Assembly (NCBI GenBank): GCA_020536535.1
Contig: JAHLWZ010000915.1
Coordinates: forward strand, 1 to 48,727
Length of the DNA: 48,727 nucleotides
Direction: 5' to 3'
Source of the DNA: Pelomyxa schiedti
Taxonomy: Eukaryota; Protista; Evosea
Of this stretch, positions 24,628-36,180 are shown piece by piece (within the stretch, counting starts at the first letter, position 1; the number at the start of each line of letters is the position of its first letter). The notes beneath the pieces were generated by a model. The model saw nothing but the letters and a program-made list of their open reading frames with translations, was not told the origin of the DNA and made no database searches. The position numbers and the translations under genes were made by a program.

Positions 24628-27600
24628 ATGGTGTTGGTTGGGTTGCGTTTGGGCACTTGGGTCTTGTTGGGTTGTTTAGTAGCTGGCTTCCACGGTAATC
24701 TGACCACCCCAAGTTTTTTTCCCCCGTTCTTCAATGCCTTTCACTGTTGGGGGCCTCATACCTATCGATAGCTGCGTCGTCCAGACAGCTGCACTCACGG
24801 ACTACTGTCACTTCGTATGAAGGCGGCGCCGCTTCATATTTCTCGATGGCGTGCACTTCCTCTTGGCCTCTTTCGCGGAATTGCACCCAGTTGGAGGACT
24901 ATGACGGGAACAGACCTTGTGGCGCCATCACACTCGTTTCGCGAGTGGCTATAATTGGGTGGGGAAATGACTCCTCGTGGGGGGAGTCTGCTCAAAATGT
25001 ATTATGGGGGCTGGGTGCTTTCGTGCCTTGCTTCGTGCAATCTGGCCTCAAAGATGAAGTGGACTCTTTCGCCATTATATCCAAATTGATGGAGTCTTCT
25101 CCCCAGGTTGAGACTTACAAGTGTTCTTTGTGTGATTGGTAACAATGGAATTCCAGGTTGTCTTATTATATGGTGCGAGTACAAGTACGATTGCTTCTTT
25201 TCTTGCAGTCTTCTATTCCAAGTGTGTTTGTATTTGGTCAACTGTTATTATCTCATTCTTTTGTAGCTATGTTGGGGTATATACGGAGCTCGGTCCACTC
25301 TATTTTATAGTTTGGTCACAGGCTATGGATTCTATCTTTGCTTGCCTTTCTGTTCTCTTTTCTCCTTTTCCCATCCCAGAGGATTTGCTAGTATATTCCA
25401 TCAATCCCCTAAACACGTCAGCCTTATCTTCAAGCTCTGCCCTTGAAGTTGATCAATGTGATAATGCCAAGGTTGCTTATAAGTGAAAAAACTTATTTTG
25501 TTGATAACATATGTAAAAAAGATCTTGCAACTGCACTTTCTTGACCGTGATTCAGGATTATTCGTTCCCCAGACCGGGTTTGCTGATCAGTTTGTTTCGT
25601 TTATTCAACTTTAGTGTTGACTTTTCTATTAGAGTTGATGCAACCCAGTTAGAAGGTATCCAGATATCTGGATACCCTTTTCTCTTTTGTACCATCGGTG
25701 ACATCTTCAGTATTCTCAATAAGGACGTTGCTACAGCAGTTTTCGCTGGAGTCCAAACTGCTTTTAGGCGGATAAATGCAGAAGGAGGAATTGATGGGAA
25801 AATATTGAGCCTTTTGCTCCTTGGAGATTCTTATTCGGCTGCAAAGACAACCACATGGGCAGCAAGGGTGTGTACATAAAACTAGCATAAACTAGGAATT
25901 CACCTACTTCAGGCTCTCGTCGAGTATCCACAGCTCAGTGGCTTTGTGGGTTCCTTTGGTACCGCTCCTAGTGAGGCTTTAGCTTCGTATTTGAGTACAG
26001 AAGGTCTTGATATACCACTGATTGAACCAATTACTGGAAATGTGAACCTCTACAGACCCCCACTTAACAGGTTTTTGCGCCAACCCCTTTCCAAACCGGA
26101 GTTGAGTCTTCAAAAAGGGTCATCCGCACAGCAAGGACTTGCTACCAACATGAAGCAGCAGCGTGGTCTGCACACTATGCGCGAACAAGATCCAATTCTT
26201 CTCGTTTTGCAGTTTTACGATGGGATAATGCGTTCGGGCAGCAGTTTGAAGAGATGCTTTCCGTCCACTTAGCTGCTGAAGGACTTTCGATCAACACCAT
26301 GGTAAAGTTCCCCCCAGGTATTTGAGAGTACTCTCGGAAAAAAACCATGCTAAACTCTTTAGGCACTACAAACATATACCCATACATTACTTCTCTGATA
26401 AGAGCGGAGCCAAATTATGTTGGTATTATAGCTACCGGCACTGACTGTGCCCTTGTAAGTTTTTTCTATTCCTTACTTTTTTCCCCAACAACCCAAAGGT
26501 AGCAGGTGTACTTGTAAGTTTTTTGTCTTATCCTTTAAATACAAACAAAGCCGCAGGATTCTTTCAAGAAAAATATCACCTACTACATTTCGTCAGGTTT
26601 TCTTCAGTTTACATCCAAATTTACCTAACTGTTTTGTGACCAGTTGTTGGTCAAGTTCTTCCTGACATGTTGCACAAGCTAGATGTACGAGCTTCGTTTG
26701 GTCTAGTCCTCACTCTCTTGTGACATAACGTAACCTTCTATAGTTTTTTCGTCACATGTAATTCCACCAGAAGGGGAGATGCCAGTATCGTTCACTTCAG
26801 CCTTAATGGCAGACTTCGCTGAATTTGCACCTTATGTAATATCAATTGAGTCCAGCCTTAGAGAAGGCTATATAGCTGGCCGGATAATTGCTAGCTCTCT
26901 GTTATATGCAGCAGACAATGGTTTGGGCAGTTATTTATGTATTGTGTAACTCAAATAGGTAAGTTATCTGGATCCTTGCTGCGGGACCTCATTGATGACT
27001 GTGGTGTCTTTAATATCTCTGGATTTTCAATCGGCCCTTTTTCTACTAATTTGAGTGGCTTACGTGATGTTTGGATGACTGGAGTAGATATTCCAAATTC
27101 GAAATATGCGGTTCAACTCCTATCCAGCCTTCTTCTCTTATTTTAAGATTCAAATTAGTCAACTGCGGTGGCCATTGTACATGGCAATGGATCTTGCCCT
27201 CTTATCAGTGTAACCGAGGAATCTCAACCTGCTTCTAAAACACTACTCATTTCTCTTGCTGTTGTTCTTCCAATATGTCTTATTGCACTGGTAGTAACTT
27301 CGGTAGCACTCTTCTGGCTCTGGAGAAGGTTAATTAGTTGTCGCCTTGTAGTTTTCCTTACAATGACAGTAGAGAAAAGTGTCCCGAGCAGGGGATACCA
27401 CGACAACAGCTTTCAGCTTTTATTCAGAAGAATAGATTAGCCTTATCAAGGGTTGTGGCTTGTATTGTTGCAATAGTTGGTATCCTTATTGTTGTGCTGG
27501 TTCGTATTTTTTTATATTTTACCTTTTGCCTTATCAACTCCAAGTTATTCTTTGGTATTTCTCTGAGCACCACAAAAAAAGGTAATATTGAAATGGTAGT

Positions 27601-30575
27601 CCTCAGATTAATTCTCCTAGGTGTTACATCAACCATACCCCTGCTATTCAATCAGACGACCTTTAGGTACTTGCCTTTTTTTGCAATTGAAAATAAAACG
27701 TTTTAGAGTGCGCGACTTCATGGACATGTCCCTGAACAAACCACAAATGGCTACAGTGCAAATTGCTCAGTCAGTAGAAAGTTTCAATATTTCTCTTGGA
27801 AAGAACACCTGGACAGATTGGGCACTGTTCCTTTCTAATCAGATTTCAGTTCTAGGAAATTCAACACAAATGTATTTCTCCTTATATGCCAGAAGATTGG
27901 TCACTAAGGTGAGTAGGATATACTTTGGATTGAACTCTGGGGAATTGGTCGGTGCTACTAAAGGAGGAATGATTTCTTCCTGTGTTTATGGGGTATGCTA
28001 CTGGCCAATACAAGAGGATATTGTAAGTAAGCCTTGGGTTTTTCTCCTCCCTGAGAACTTGTGAGGTCATTGGATATCCAGCCCCAAGTGCAATCCTTTT
28101 AAATGACTCTTCCTATGACTGTCGGTGGAAATCTTGGTGGCTTCTGGCCAGTTTATCGGGTATTCCAACTTGGTCTGGAGGTGATTCAGTTTCGTTGACT
28201 GTGAGCTTTGCCACCCCTGTTGTTGATGAGTCCACGAGTTCCACTTACGCAGTTTTTGGGGTTGAGTGAGTGTTCCCCTTTTTCCTTCCTCTTTCACTTG
28301 CAACAAGAATTTCACTCGGAATTATGCAAAATCTTCTTTCTGAATTGCCACTCACAGAAAGAACCATAGTGCTAATAACAGAAGAAGATGGATCTATGTT
28401 GATATCAAATAAAGCAGAGAGCAGTGGGGACACGGTTAAAGCAAACATTCTTCTAAGTAGTGATTCGACAATTGCCTGTGTTGCTGAGAATTTCAATCTT
28501 CAGCTTCAACAAAACCCCTCAAAGGTACACCTTCAATCAAAATTTTTTCCCAACCTCCTTTCTTTCACAGGCGTTTGTTACCAATTCGACTGAGCCAATT
28601 ATAGCTACCTTTACCTGCCATGGGGAAACAATTCTAGCCAGTTTATACAATTGGGTGGATTCCTTCAATTATGTGTTTGTAATTATCATAGCTACCCCAG
28701 GTCTTTTTTTTTTTTTTTTTGGTGTGTTTACTGAAATCTATTCATTAAAAACACAGAGAAAGATTTTACGGAGGAATACACACACTCTTTGAAAGTTTTG
28801 CTTGGTACCGCTTTGACTGTATTATTTGCTGTTGCTCTTCTCACTGTGGGCGCCTTGCTGCTATTCACCAGAGTGTATGGACGTATAGCTGTTCAGGACT
28901 CTAATGTCAACGACCAGGCAAATGTGGACTCAGGTTTGCTTCCTAATAACTACGTGAGGAATAACACTGGACAGGGCTACAACAGGTTATTAAGCAACTT
29001 CGAAGTGTGAAGGAAGGAATAAAAGACCATAATTTATCATCGACTTTGGATGCCGTTATAGAAAAACTCACTGAGACAAAAAGGTTCACTGTTTGGGTTA
29101 AAGGGACTCCCCTTACTGTGTAAATAGTCTATATCTTCCCGACCTTCACAACATCTCCAATGATAAAGAGACAAATGCTTGGATTAATGAAGAATTTATT
29201 ACAAAGGAGGCCCATCCTGTACAAAGGTATCGCGATATATTAGAATCTAGTCGTTTGACAGTCTTGTTAGGGGTATTTCACCATGGAATCGGAACTCACC
29301 CCGTACCGTTGAGCGGTCTGATAGTCTTTTACGTCGAACAGATCAGTGGAATTTTAATGTTAACCTGTTGTCTAACTGTTCCAACCTGATGCTCCTAAGG
29401 TTTTTGAACTTGGCGCCAAGACGGACCACACTCTTGTGGACTGTTTCTTTTCAATTTTGAAAGCAAGAAACATTTTGCAGGCTGTACACCTGGAACCCCA
29501 AAGCCTTGAGTACTGTTTCTCCATTGTAAGTCTTTTTCCTTAATTCCCTCAGAAATTTGTTGGTGCAACTTGAGGCGCTCTATATTAAGACGCCATATCA
29601 CAATGTGTTTCATGCCACTGATGTACGTTTGGACATTTATTAATCGTTAATCTAAGGTTCACCAGGTTTTGCAGTGTATGCACTATTTCTTGTCTTCCTC
29701 ACTTGTGGAAAAACTCAATCTCACACCTTTGGAAGTAATTTCCTTCAACTTTCTTTTATTGTGTTAAATAGTGCAAGCAACTTGCAATTTTCATTGCCGC
29801 AGCAGCTCATGATGTGGGTCATGACGGCAGAAATAATGCCTTTCATGTGGCAACATGCAGTGAGCGGGCTCTCCGTTTCAATTTTGTATCCGTGCAGGAA
29901 AACTATCACGCGAACACGACACTCAAACTGGCTTTTGACCTCTTCCTATTTAAGAAGCTAACAGCAGAGGAAGCACACAGCTTACGAACAATTATAGTTG
30001 ATCTGGTAAACTGCTCAATTCCTTTTTTTTTTTTTTTATAAGCACTGAGTTTGACACAAGATATTAGCAACTGACATGACCCAACACTTTTCGTTTCTTG
30101 GAAAATTCTCCACTCGACTGGAAAGTAACAACTTTGCACCACAAGATTCAGATAAACTACTTATCCTTCAAATGCTATTAAAGGCTGCGGATATATCCAA
30201 CGCCTCCAGGTAGTCATAACTTTATCTTCACACAGTTAATTCAGAACAGACCATTCGAAATTATGGCAAAATGGAGCACCAAAGTTATTGAAGAGTTTTT
30301 CTTACAAGGGGATGAAGAAAGGTCACTGTCTTTGCCCATTTCTCCCTTTATGGACAGAGAAAATTCCAATCCAATTAAAAGCCAACAGGTAACAACTGCA
30401 GCTTGTTCTCGAAAATACATTCACTCACATACAATAGGGCTTTATCTCGTTCATTGTAAAACCCCTCTATGAAGCCATTGCCAAATTTGCCCCTGAAGTA
30501 GTGGCTCTTCCACTCAAACATCTAGAAGATAACCTGAAGTTCTGGAAAGAGACCACAACTTGGCCCAGCGTTTGA
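24628..30575 (+). CDS. Multi-pass receptor-like class I cyclic-nucleotide phosphodiesterase (signal peptide, PBP1/Venus flytrap, TM, TM, dCache, TM, PDEase_I), multi-exon
   Basis: PBP1: AGVQTAFRRINAEGGIDGKILSLLLLGDSY, FVGSFGT, PLIEPITG, TCYQHEA, DNAFG. TMs at about 27240-27330, 27445-27510 and 28790-28870. Cache: IYFG..SGELVG, YDCRWKSWW..A...PTWS...TVSFATPV...VFGVE|ISL. PDE: TPYHNVFHATDV, AAHDVGHDGRNNAF, SVQENYH, LATDM, KAADISN, EEFFLQGDEE, KSQ|GFI. Confidence 0.8.
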
Positions 30576-30739
30576 TCACTCTTCACTGACTTGCTTGATT
30601 GTTGTTCTGAGATTCCCTATGTATCTATTTCTTGTCAGATAATAAGAAAAGCCTTTCGGCAGGGCTTTCTATGTAACCTCCATGATCTCATTGATTTCTT
30701 GTAAATTGCCGTCCCCAAACCAACGGTGGGGGCAACATC

Positions 30740-32859
30740 ATGGCCGTGATACCTATTTCGGTTCCCATAGTTTGTTGTGGTGCAGTGTTGTTCTGTGGGT
30801 ACTGGGCGTACGGCGGGCTGTCTTGGTACATCGTGATGTCAATGAGGCCTTTTTTCCCATCCAAGGGCGAAGTGGAGCGTGTAACTCCGGCAAAAAAATT
30901 CTCGGACGGAATGGACTTTGTACCTGCAAGGCTTCCGTTGTTAATGGCTCAACATTTCTCCACGGTTTTTTTTTTTCCCCCTCCGTCTTATTTTTTTCAA
31001 AATGAAGACTGATTAAAATCATTACATTTCTAGATTGCTGCTGCTGGCCCGATTTTGGGTCCCACTCTTGCTGCTATCTATTTTGGTTGGGTTAGTTCGT
31101 TTCCTCCTGAATAGGCATCAAAATGACTAACTTCTTTTAGCTCCCTACTCTCTTGTGGTTGATATTCGGCTCTATTTTTATTGGTGGAGTGCACGACTTC
31201 ATTGCTTTGGTTGCGTCAGTGAGATATGACGCAAAGTCCATTGCCCATGTTGCCGGGTATCAACCCCATCTCTGGCACTAGTTTCTTATCATTCATATGT
31301 GATAAAGTATTATCTAATTCCAGGGAAATACAGTGAGTGTATGAGCAAAAGAGCCAGAATACTTGTTCTACTCTATACTGAAATATCCTTAGTCTATGTA
31401 ATTATAGCTTTTGCGGATGTGACAGCTGGAGCCTTTGTGCAGGTTGGTACTGAGCTTGATCCAGGTACCAAATTGTTTTCTTTAAGTGTCGTCTTAAACC
31501 TTTTTCAATTCAGATGATCAGGTGGGAGCTAAGGCTGGTAGCTCTTCCTGTATGTACCTTGCAGTAGGACTTGCAATGGGCATTGTGATGAAACTACTTC
31601 CAAAGGCTAAACTTTGGATGCTCACTCCTCCTTTTTTGATCCTTGTGATTGGAACTATTGTTGCTGGTGAGTATGCACCCCTACCATTAAACCAGCGTAC
31701 ATGGGACATGTTGCTGCTGTCATATTGCTGGTTTGCAGCTATTGCTCCAGCTTGGTTGTTATTACAACCAAGAGGTTACCTTGGTGGATTTTTTTTGTAT
31801 ACCACTCTTGTTGGCATATGCCTGGGAATAACTGTATCACTCTTCACCAGCGATGTTGGCTTTCCGATTGAGTTCCCCGCATGGCGAGGCTATGGTGAAC
31901 CGCCTATGCAGTTATTCCCAGTGCTCTTTATCACTGTGGCATGTGGCGCCTGCTCTGGATTTCATGCGGTAGTTTCTTCTGGGACCACAGCAAAACAGCT
32001 TTCAAGAGAAAGAGATGCACTACCGGTTTCTTATGGAGCTATGTTGCTGGAGAGCTTTGTGGCTGTCTTGAGCTGCTCTACAATAATGATTATGAGCGAA
32101 GACGATCCCCTTATACAGAAAGCTGACGCACAGGCATGCTATGCCAGAGGAGTATCTTCCTACTTATATGTAATTGGAAAACCGCTACACATCCCCTTGA
32201 GTTTGTTGTATAACTTTGCCATGATGGCGTTTGCCACGTTTGTTTGTGATACTCTTGATGTAGCCACTCGGCTGGGAAGAATTGTACTACAGGAACTTAT
32301 ACCTTGGAAACCAAAAACGCGAGTTACACAAGCTATTTGGCACCTCTGTTGCACCACATCAGTATTAGTTCTACCATTTCTCATACTGGGATTTTCACCG
32401 ACAATGGTGGACCCCAAAACCGGCGCCATTATCCCACTGTGGAGAAGTATGTGGGGGCTCTTTGGATCCTGCAATCAACTATTTGCTGCATTGGTACTAC
32501 TGATAGGCTCAGCCTGGCTTGCCAGCAAGGGGAAAAAGTGGGCTTTATCTGGAATACCCATGCTTATAATGTTCACAGTGGCCACTGTGGCTTTGATCGA
32601 AACAAGTGTATCCTGGATTCAAGGATTTTCCACAGCCGGAGCGGCTGGTCACTTGGTTGGTGTGTGCAGCACACTTATGCTTATACTGTGTGCATTTTTC
32701 GTGTTTGAGGCTTGTGCTTCTTTGGGCACCTATGTACTCCCCTCATATGTTCTGAGAAAGCTATCTTCATTCCGCGATTCTATGCTTGCCAAATTCCACA
32801 AACTCAAGGAAGACCCAGAAGATGTCATTGGTGCCCCAATGGACCAACTCTCCTCCTGA
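30740..32859 (+). CDS. cstA: Carbon starvation protein A (CstA)-family peptide/pyruvate transporter with 4 spliceosomal introns
   Basis: [14 protein letters not shown]...AQHFST|[10 protein letters not shown]...FGW|[20 protein letters not shown]; LLQPRGYL; [18 protein letters not shown]; [11 protein letters not shown]; [11 protein letters not shown]; [10 protein letters not shown]. Introns at about 30965-31033, 31091-31140, 31258-31333 and 31465-31514. Confidence 0.92.
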
Positions 32860-32999
32860 GGAAAGAGGAGAAAAGAAAACCGACAACAGGTGAATACCTG
32901 GTCCCACACTTTTTTTTTCCCTCCTTTCAACATCACCCTTCCTCATGAACCTTTGAATATTACCAAAAAAATATCCTCGGGAGTTGGTGAGTAGAGTAA

Positions 33000-33195
33000 T
33001 GCGGGGGTTTACCCCTCCGACTCCGGTCTGATTCCGATGTGGAGAGGCAGGCGCGTCCCCGCGTGATAGGCGAAGCAGCGCCAAGGATTGATGATTTCGA
33101 GGAGCTGAAACTTTTCAGGTTTCAATCCCTCAATGCTGCATGATAGTTATTCGAAGAACCGCATTCACATTGGAGCACCATTGGCACCCCTGGAG
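33000..33195. ncRNA. Candidate structured RNA or cis-element (family unassigned)
   Basis: GC-rich island in an otherwise AT-rich convergent intergenic gap. It has several short stems: GGGG-TTTA-CCCC 33004-33015, CGCG-TCCC-CGCG 33052-33063, GGATTGA/TCAATCC 33085/33122, and GCAGCG/TGCTGC 33075/33134. No known RNA family is fully matched. Confidence 0.25.
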
Positions 33196-33273
33196 GACGA
33201 AATGTTCCTTAAGTTTTCCTTAAAACCAATGGATTTGTTTTGTGCTCTGTATTATGGGTTGTTTTTGGTTTTT

Positions 33274-34415
33274 TTATGGTGCAAAGACATAGAAATCCCA
33301 GTTGGAAGAAGGTACAAACCCCACCTTTTGGTAAATGCCATTTGAGGTGGGATTGTTCACATCAGCATATAGTGACACGAATGCCTTGCCACCATCCAGT
33401 AGCTTCTTGGTAAGGGTGTAGGTAAGGGCTGCTGCATATCCATTTCTTCTGTGGTTTGGGGGTGTGTATACATTCCCAATCGCAATTCCATTGGGCGTTT
33501 CTCTTGTGAAGCCGGCCATTGCTACTGGTAAGTTCTGCCCATCGGCACTTGTTACTATCCACATAAACTGCTGTCCTTTCGGAACTTTGTTTTTAGCATC
33601 ACTGACAGCCTCCTGTGCTCTCTCTGCCGGTTCGTGTGGTAATGATTCCTGCATGAATTCCGTCATCCATTGCCCCACAAGAGCAGTGTGATGTGGCTGA
33701 CAAACTTCCATGTGGCCGGATGGCATCGGGTTGGGTTGATTCACAGCCGTAGTGTAGTAAAGTGTTTCTTTCATCGTTACTGCTCCTGAGCCCCCCTGCA
33801 AGTTGCACCACACAGGTGCGAAAGCACTAATACATTCCTTCGTACCAAGAATGCCAGGTACATGGATTCCGAGCTTAAACACATTCTCTGCTGCGAAACT
33901 CATCACATCCTACACAGCTCAGATATTACATTGCAAGTAGGTTATATTATGAGTTGCCGGGCAAGCCCAAGCCCACAAATAGCAAACAAACAAAAAAGAA
34001 AGAGAAAGAGTGTATAGCTACGTAATTATGAAGGACAAACCTGAACGGTGCTTCCCTTAGTACATGTCAGTATCAGGTGCCACGGCGGAGTCATCACCAG
34101 CACAGACAACACAGAACCACCCCCAGGCACCCTGATAGCAGCAAACAACGGCTTCCTCCTACTACTCTCACTGGCACTGGCACCGACACTAGTAGTATCA
34201 CTGGCACATGCATTAGCAGCCCTCTGGGACGAGTTCTGCAGGGCCGCAATGATTCGGAGCAACACGCCGTGGGGCAGGCTGCATTCGACTTCGGCCTCGA
34301 GGTGGTGTGTTTGCTGGGGCGTGCGGTCGTGGGGCGATGGGGGCGTGTCGAGGGGCGAGCCCCAGCCTGTGGTTGCTAGCAGATCCGCGGGGCTGGTGAA
34401 GACAACAAACTCCAT
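33274..34415 (-). CDS. Bacterial-type GNAT acetyltransferase (COG3393-like), one intron
   Basis: PVAMAGFTRETPNGIAIGNVYTPPNHRRNGYAAAL...LLDGG...LYADVNNPTSNGIYQKVGF, with the acetyl-CoA motif R-R-x-G-x-A. N-terminal LEAEVECSLPHGVL and VLVMTPPWHLIL. Intron at about 33950-34050. Confidence 0.88.
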
Positions 34416-34698
34416 GGGACACGACATGCGAATTCTTAAGAATAGTTTCGAAATAAGTTATTATGAAAGTGGAATGAATGTGAGAAAGGCAAGGTGGCGT
34501 TCTATCAAAGCACCGAGATTCTCAATCACGAAAACCTACAAACTAATCAACCTATGCCTCAACAAGTACTTCCTTCCTCATTCCACTAGAAACAACATGA
34601 CTCCCACAATGGCCCCCCTTGTCCCCTCCTCCCTGCTGAGCCAACTTGGGTAATGATTGCCTCGGGCTTCTCATCTCAGGAAAACTAACCGACTGTCT

Positions 34699-36118
34699 AT
34701 GGCCGCCCACACGCCTAACCACGACGACGTTGTAGTCGGGGGGCACGGAGATGGGGAGATAATGGAGGTAATTCCAGAGGGCGTTCTCGGTTCTCCGGCT
34801 GTGACTGGATCTCTTCCCCTGTCACCAGTCGACCGCGCCGTGGGTGTAATTATGACTTCGATGATAGGTTGTTGCCATGTCCCTTCAATTTTTTTTTTTT
34901 TTGTTTGTTTGGCTTCTGTCTCGGATACTCGTCCCTCTAACCTCGCACCAGGGGATTGTCTGGGAGCAACCGTCGAGGGATGGGGCGCCGACCAGATCCA
35001 CGAGAGATACCCAAGTGGGCTCCGCAACTTCTACTACGCCGCGCACATGGGCGTGTACAACCTCGGGCTCAGGCGCGGCGTCTACACGGACGACACCCAG
35101 AGCGCGCTGGCGCTGGCCTGGAGCATGGTCCAGAAGGGCGGACTGGATCCGGGGCATTGTGCCAGGGCATACGCCGAGTTCTACCGCCACGTGCCAAAGA
35201 GGGGATATCCGGCTTCGGCTATTTCTGTCCTGAGGGCCGTGGAGGCTGGAGAGGACTGGCACAACACTGGGCGGAAAGTGTGAGTCCGCGAGTTGGAACT
35301 TTTTTTTTTTTTTTTTGCCCAAACACTTTTGCAGGTTTGCTGATGGTTCCTTTGCAAATGGAGGGGCAATGAGGATAGCACCTGTGGGAGTTGCATTCCG
35401 GAATGCCTCTGACACTCAGCTGTATGAAGCTGTGCGATATGCTATCATGAGTTCACATGTTCACCCCCAGGCTGTTGTAAGTTCCCACACAAAAAATGGA
35501 TAATTCAAACGTTTACCTAAACTTTGCTCAAGGATGGTGCATTCATCACAGCTAAGGCTATTACCGTCCTTCAACGGACTACTGCAGCAGAAGTTAACGT
35601 CAGTGCACTGCTCAATGAACTCAAGGGTCTATGCCGTACTGATGAAATGCGGAATAATATCCAAACCGTGATTGAGAATCTCGATAAGGGGAGTTCATTC
35701 TCTTTCAAGGAGGAAATTCGATTCGTTGAGAAACTTGGTGGCGATTTTCAGGTTTCAACTATCCATCTGGATAGATAGAAATTCACTATTTTCCAGATTG
35801 CTGCTGTTGAAGCAGTAGCAGTAGTTCTCTGGGGGTTCGCTCGGTATTACAAAGACCCAGAAAATTGCCTAATTAAGGTACCACTCACAATTTAGCCCTA
35901 CATCAACACTTAAATTCACAAAGGTTGTTGGATTTGGAGGTGACACAGACACCACCGCTTGCATTTGTGGTGGGCTTCTTGGTGCCCTGCACGGGACATC
36001 ATGGATTCCTCAGAGGTGGTGGCAGTGGCTCCGGAATGATGAGTGGGGCAGAGACTGGGCTGTGGACTTGGCACAAAAATTGGTTCTGTTGGACCTGACA
36101 GAACCACTTTCAACTTGA
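34699..36118 (+). CDS. ADP-ribosylglycohydrolase (ARH3/DraG family), multi-exon
   Basis: IG|DCLGATVEG; GVYTDDTQ (Mg ligands); [12 protein letters not shown]; SSHVHP; [20 protein letters not shown]. Confidence 0.92.
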
Positions 36119-36180
36119 ACAGTAAAGACGAAAAAGTAGTGGTTGTTTGGGGATGTTTTTTGTTTTGTTCTTCTTTTAAG

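Noticed and set aside
33020-33130. Assignment as U3, C/D snoRNA, U4, SRP, RNase P/MRP, tRNA or SECIS
   Set aside because: Only isolated words match. Their order, strand or partner boxes are wrong: no box A, no terminal box D, no P4 pairing, no cloverleaf, and no GA quartet on the 3' side.
33100-33195. TPP-riboswitch-like words on the minus strand (GGGGTGC, ACCTGA)
   Set aside because: The essential UGAGA loop and the P5/CG-AGG elements are absent.
30740-34415. Bacterial contamination or endosymbiont contig as the source of cstA and GNAT
   Set aside because: Both genes carry spliceosomal introns like their neighbours and are contiguous with clearly eukaryotic genes.
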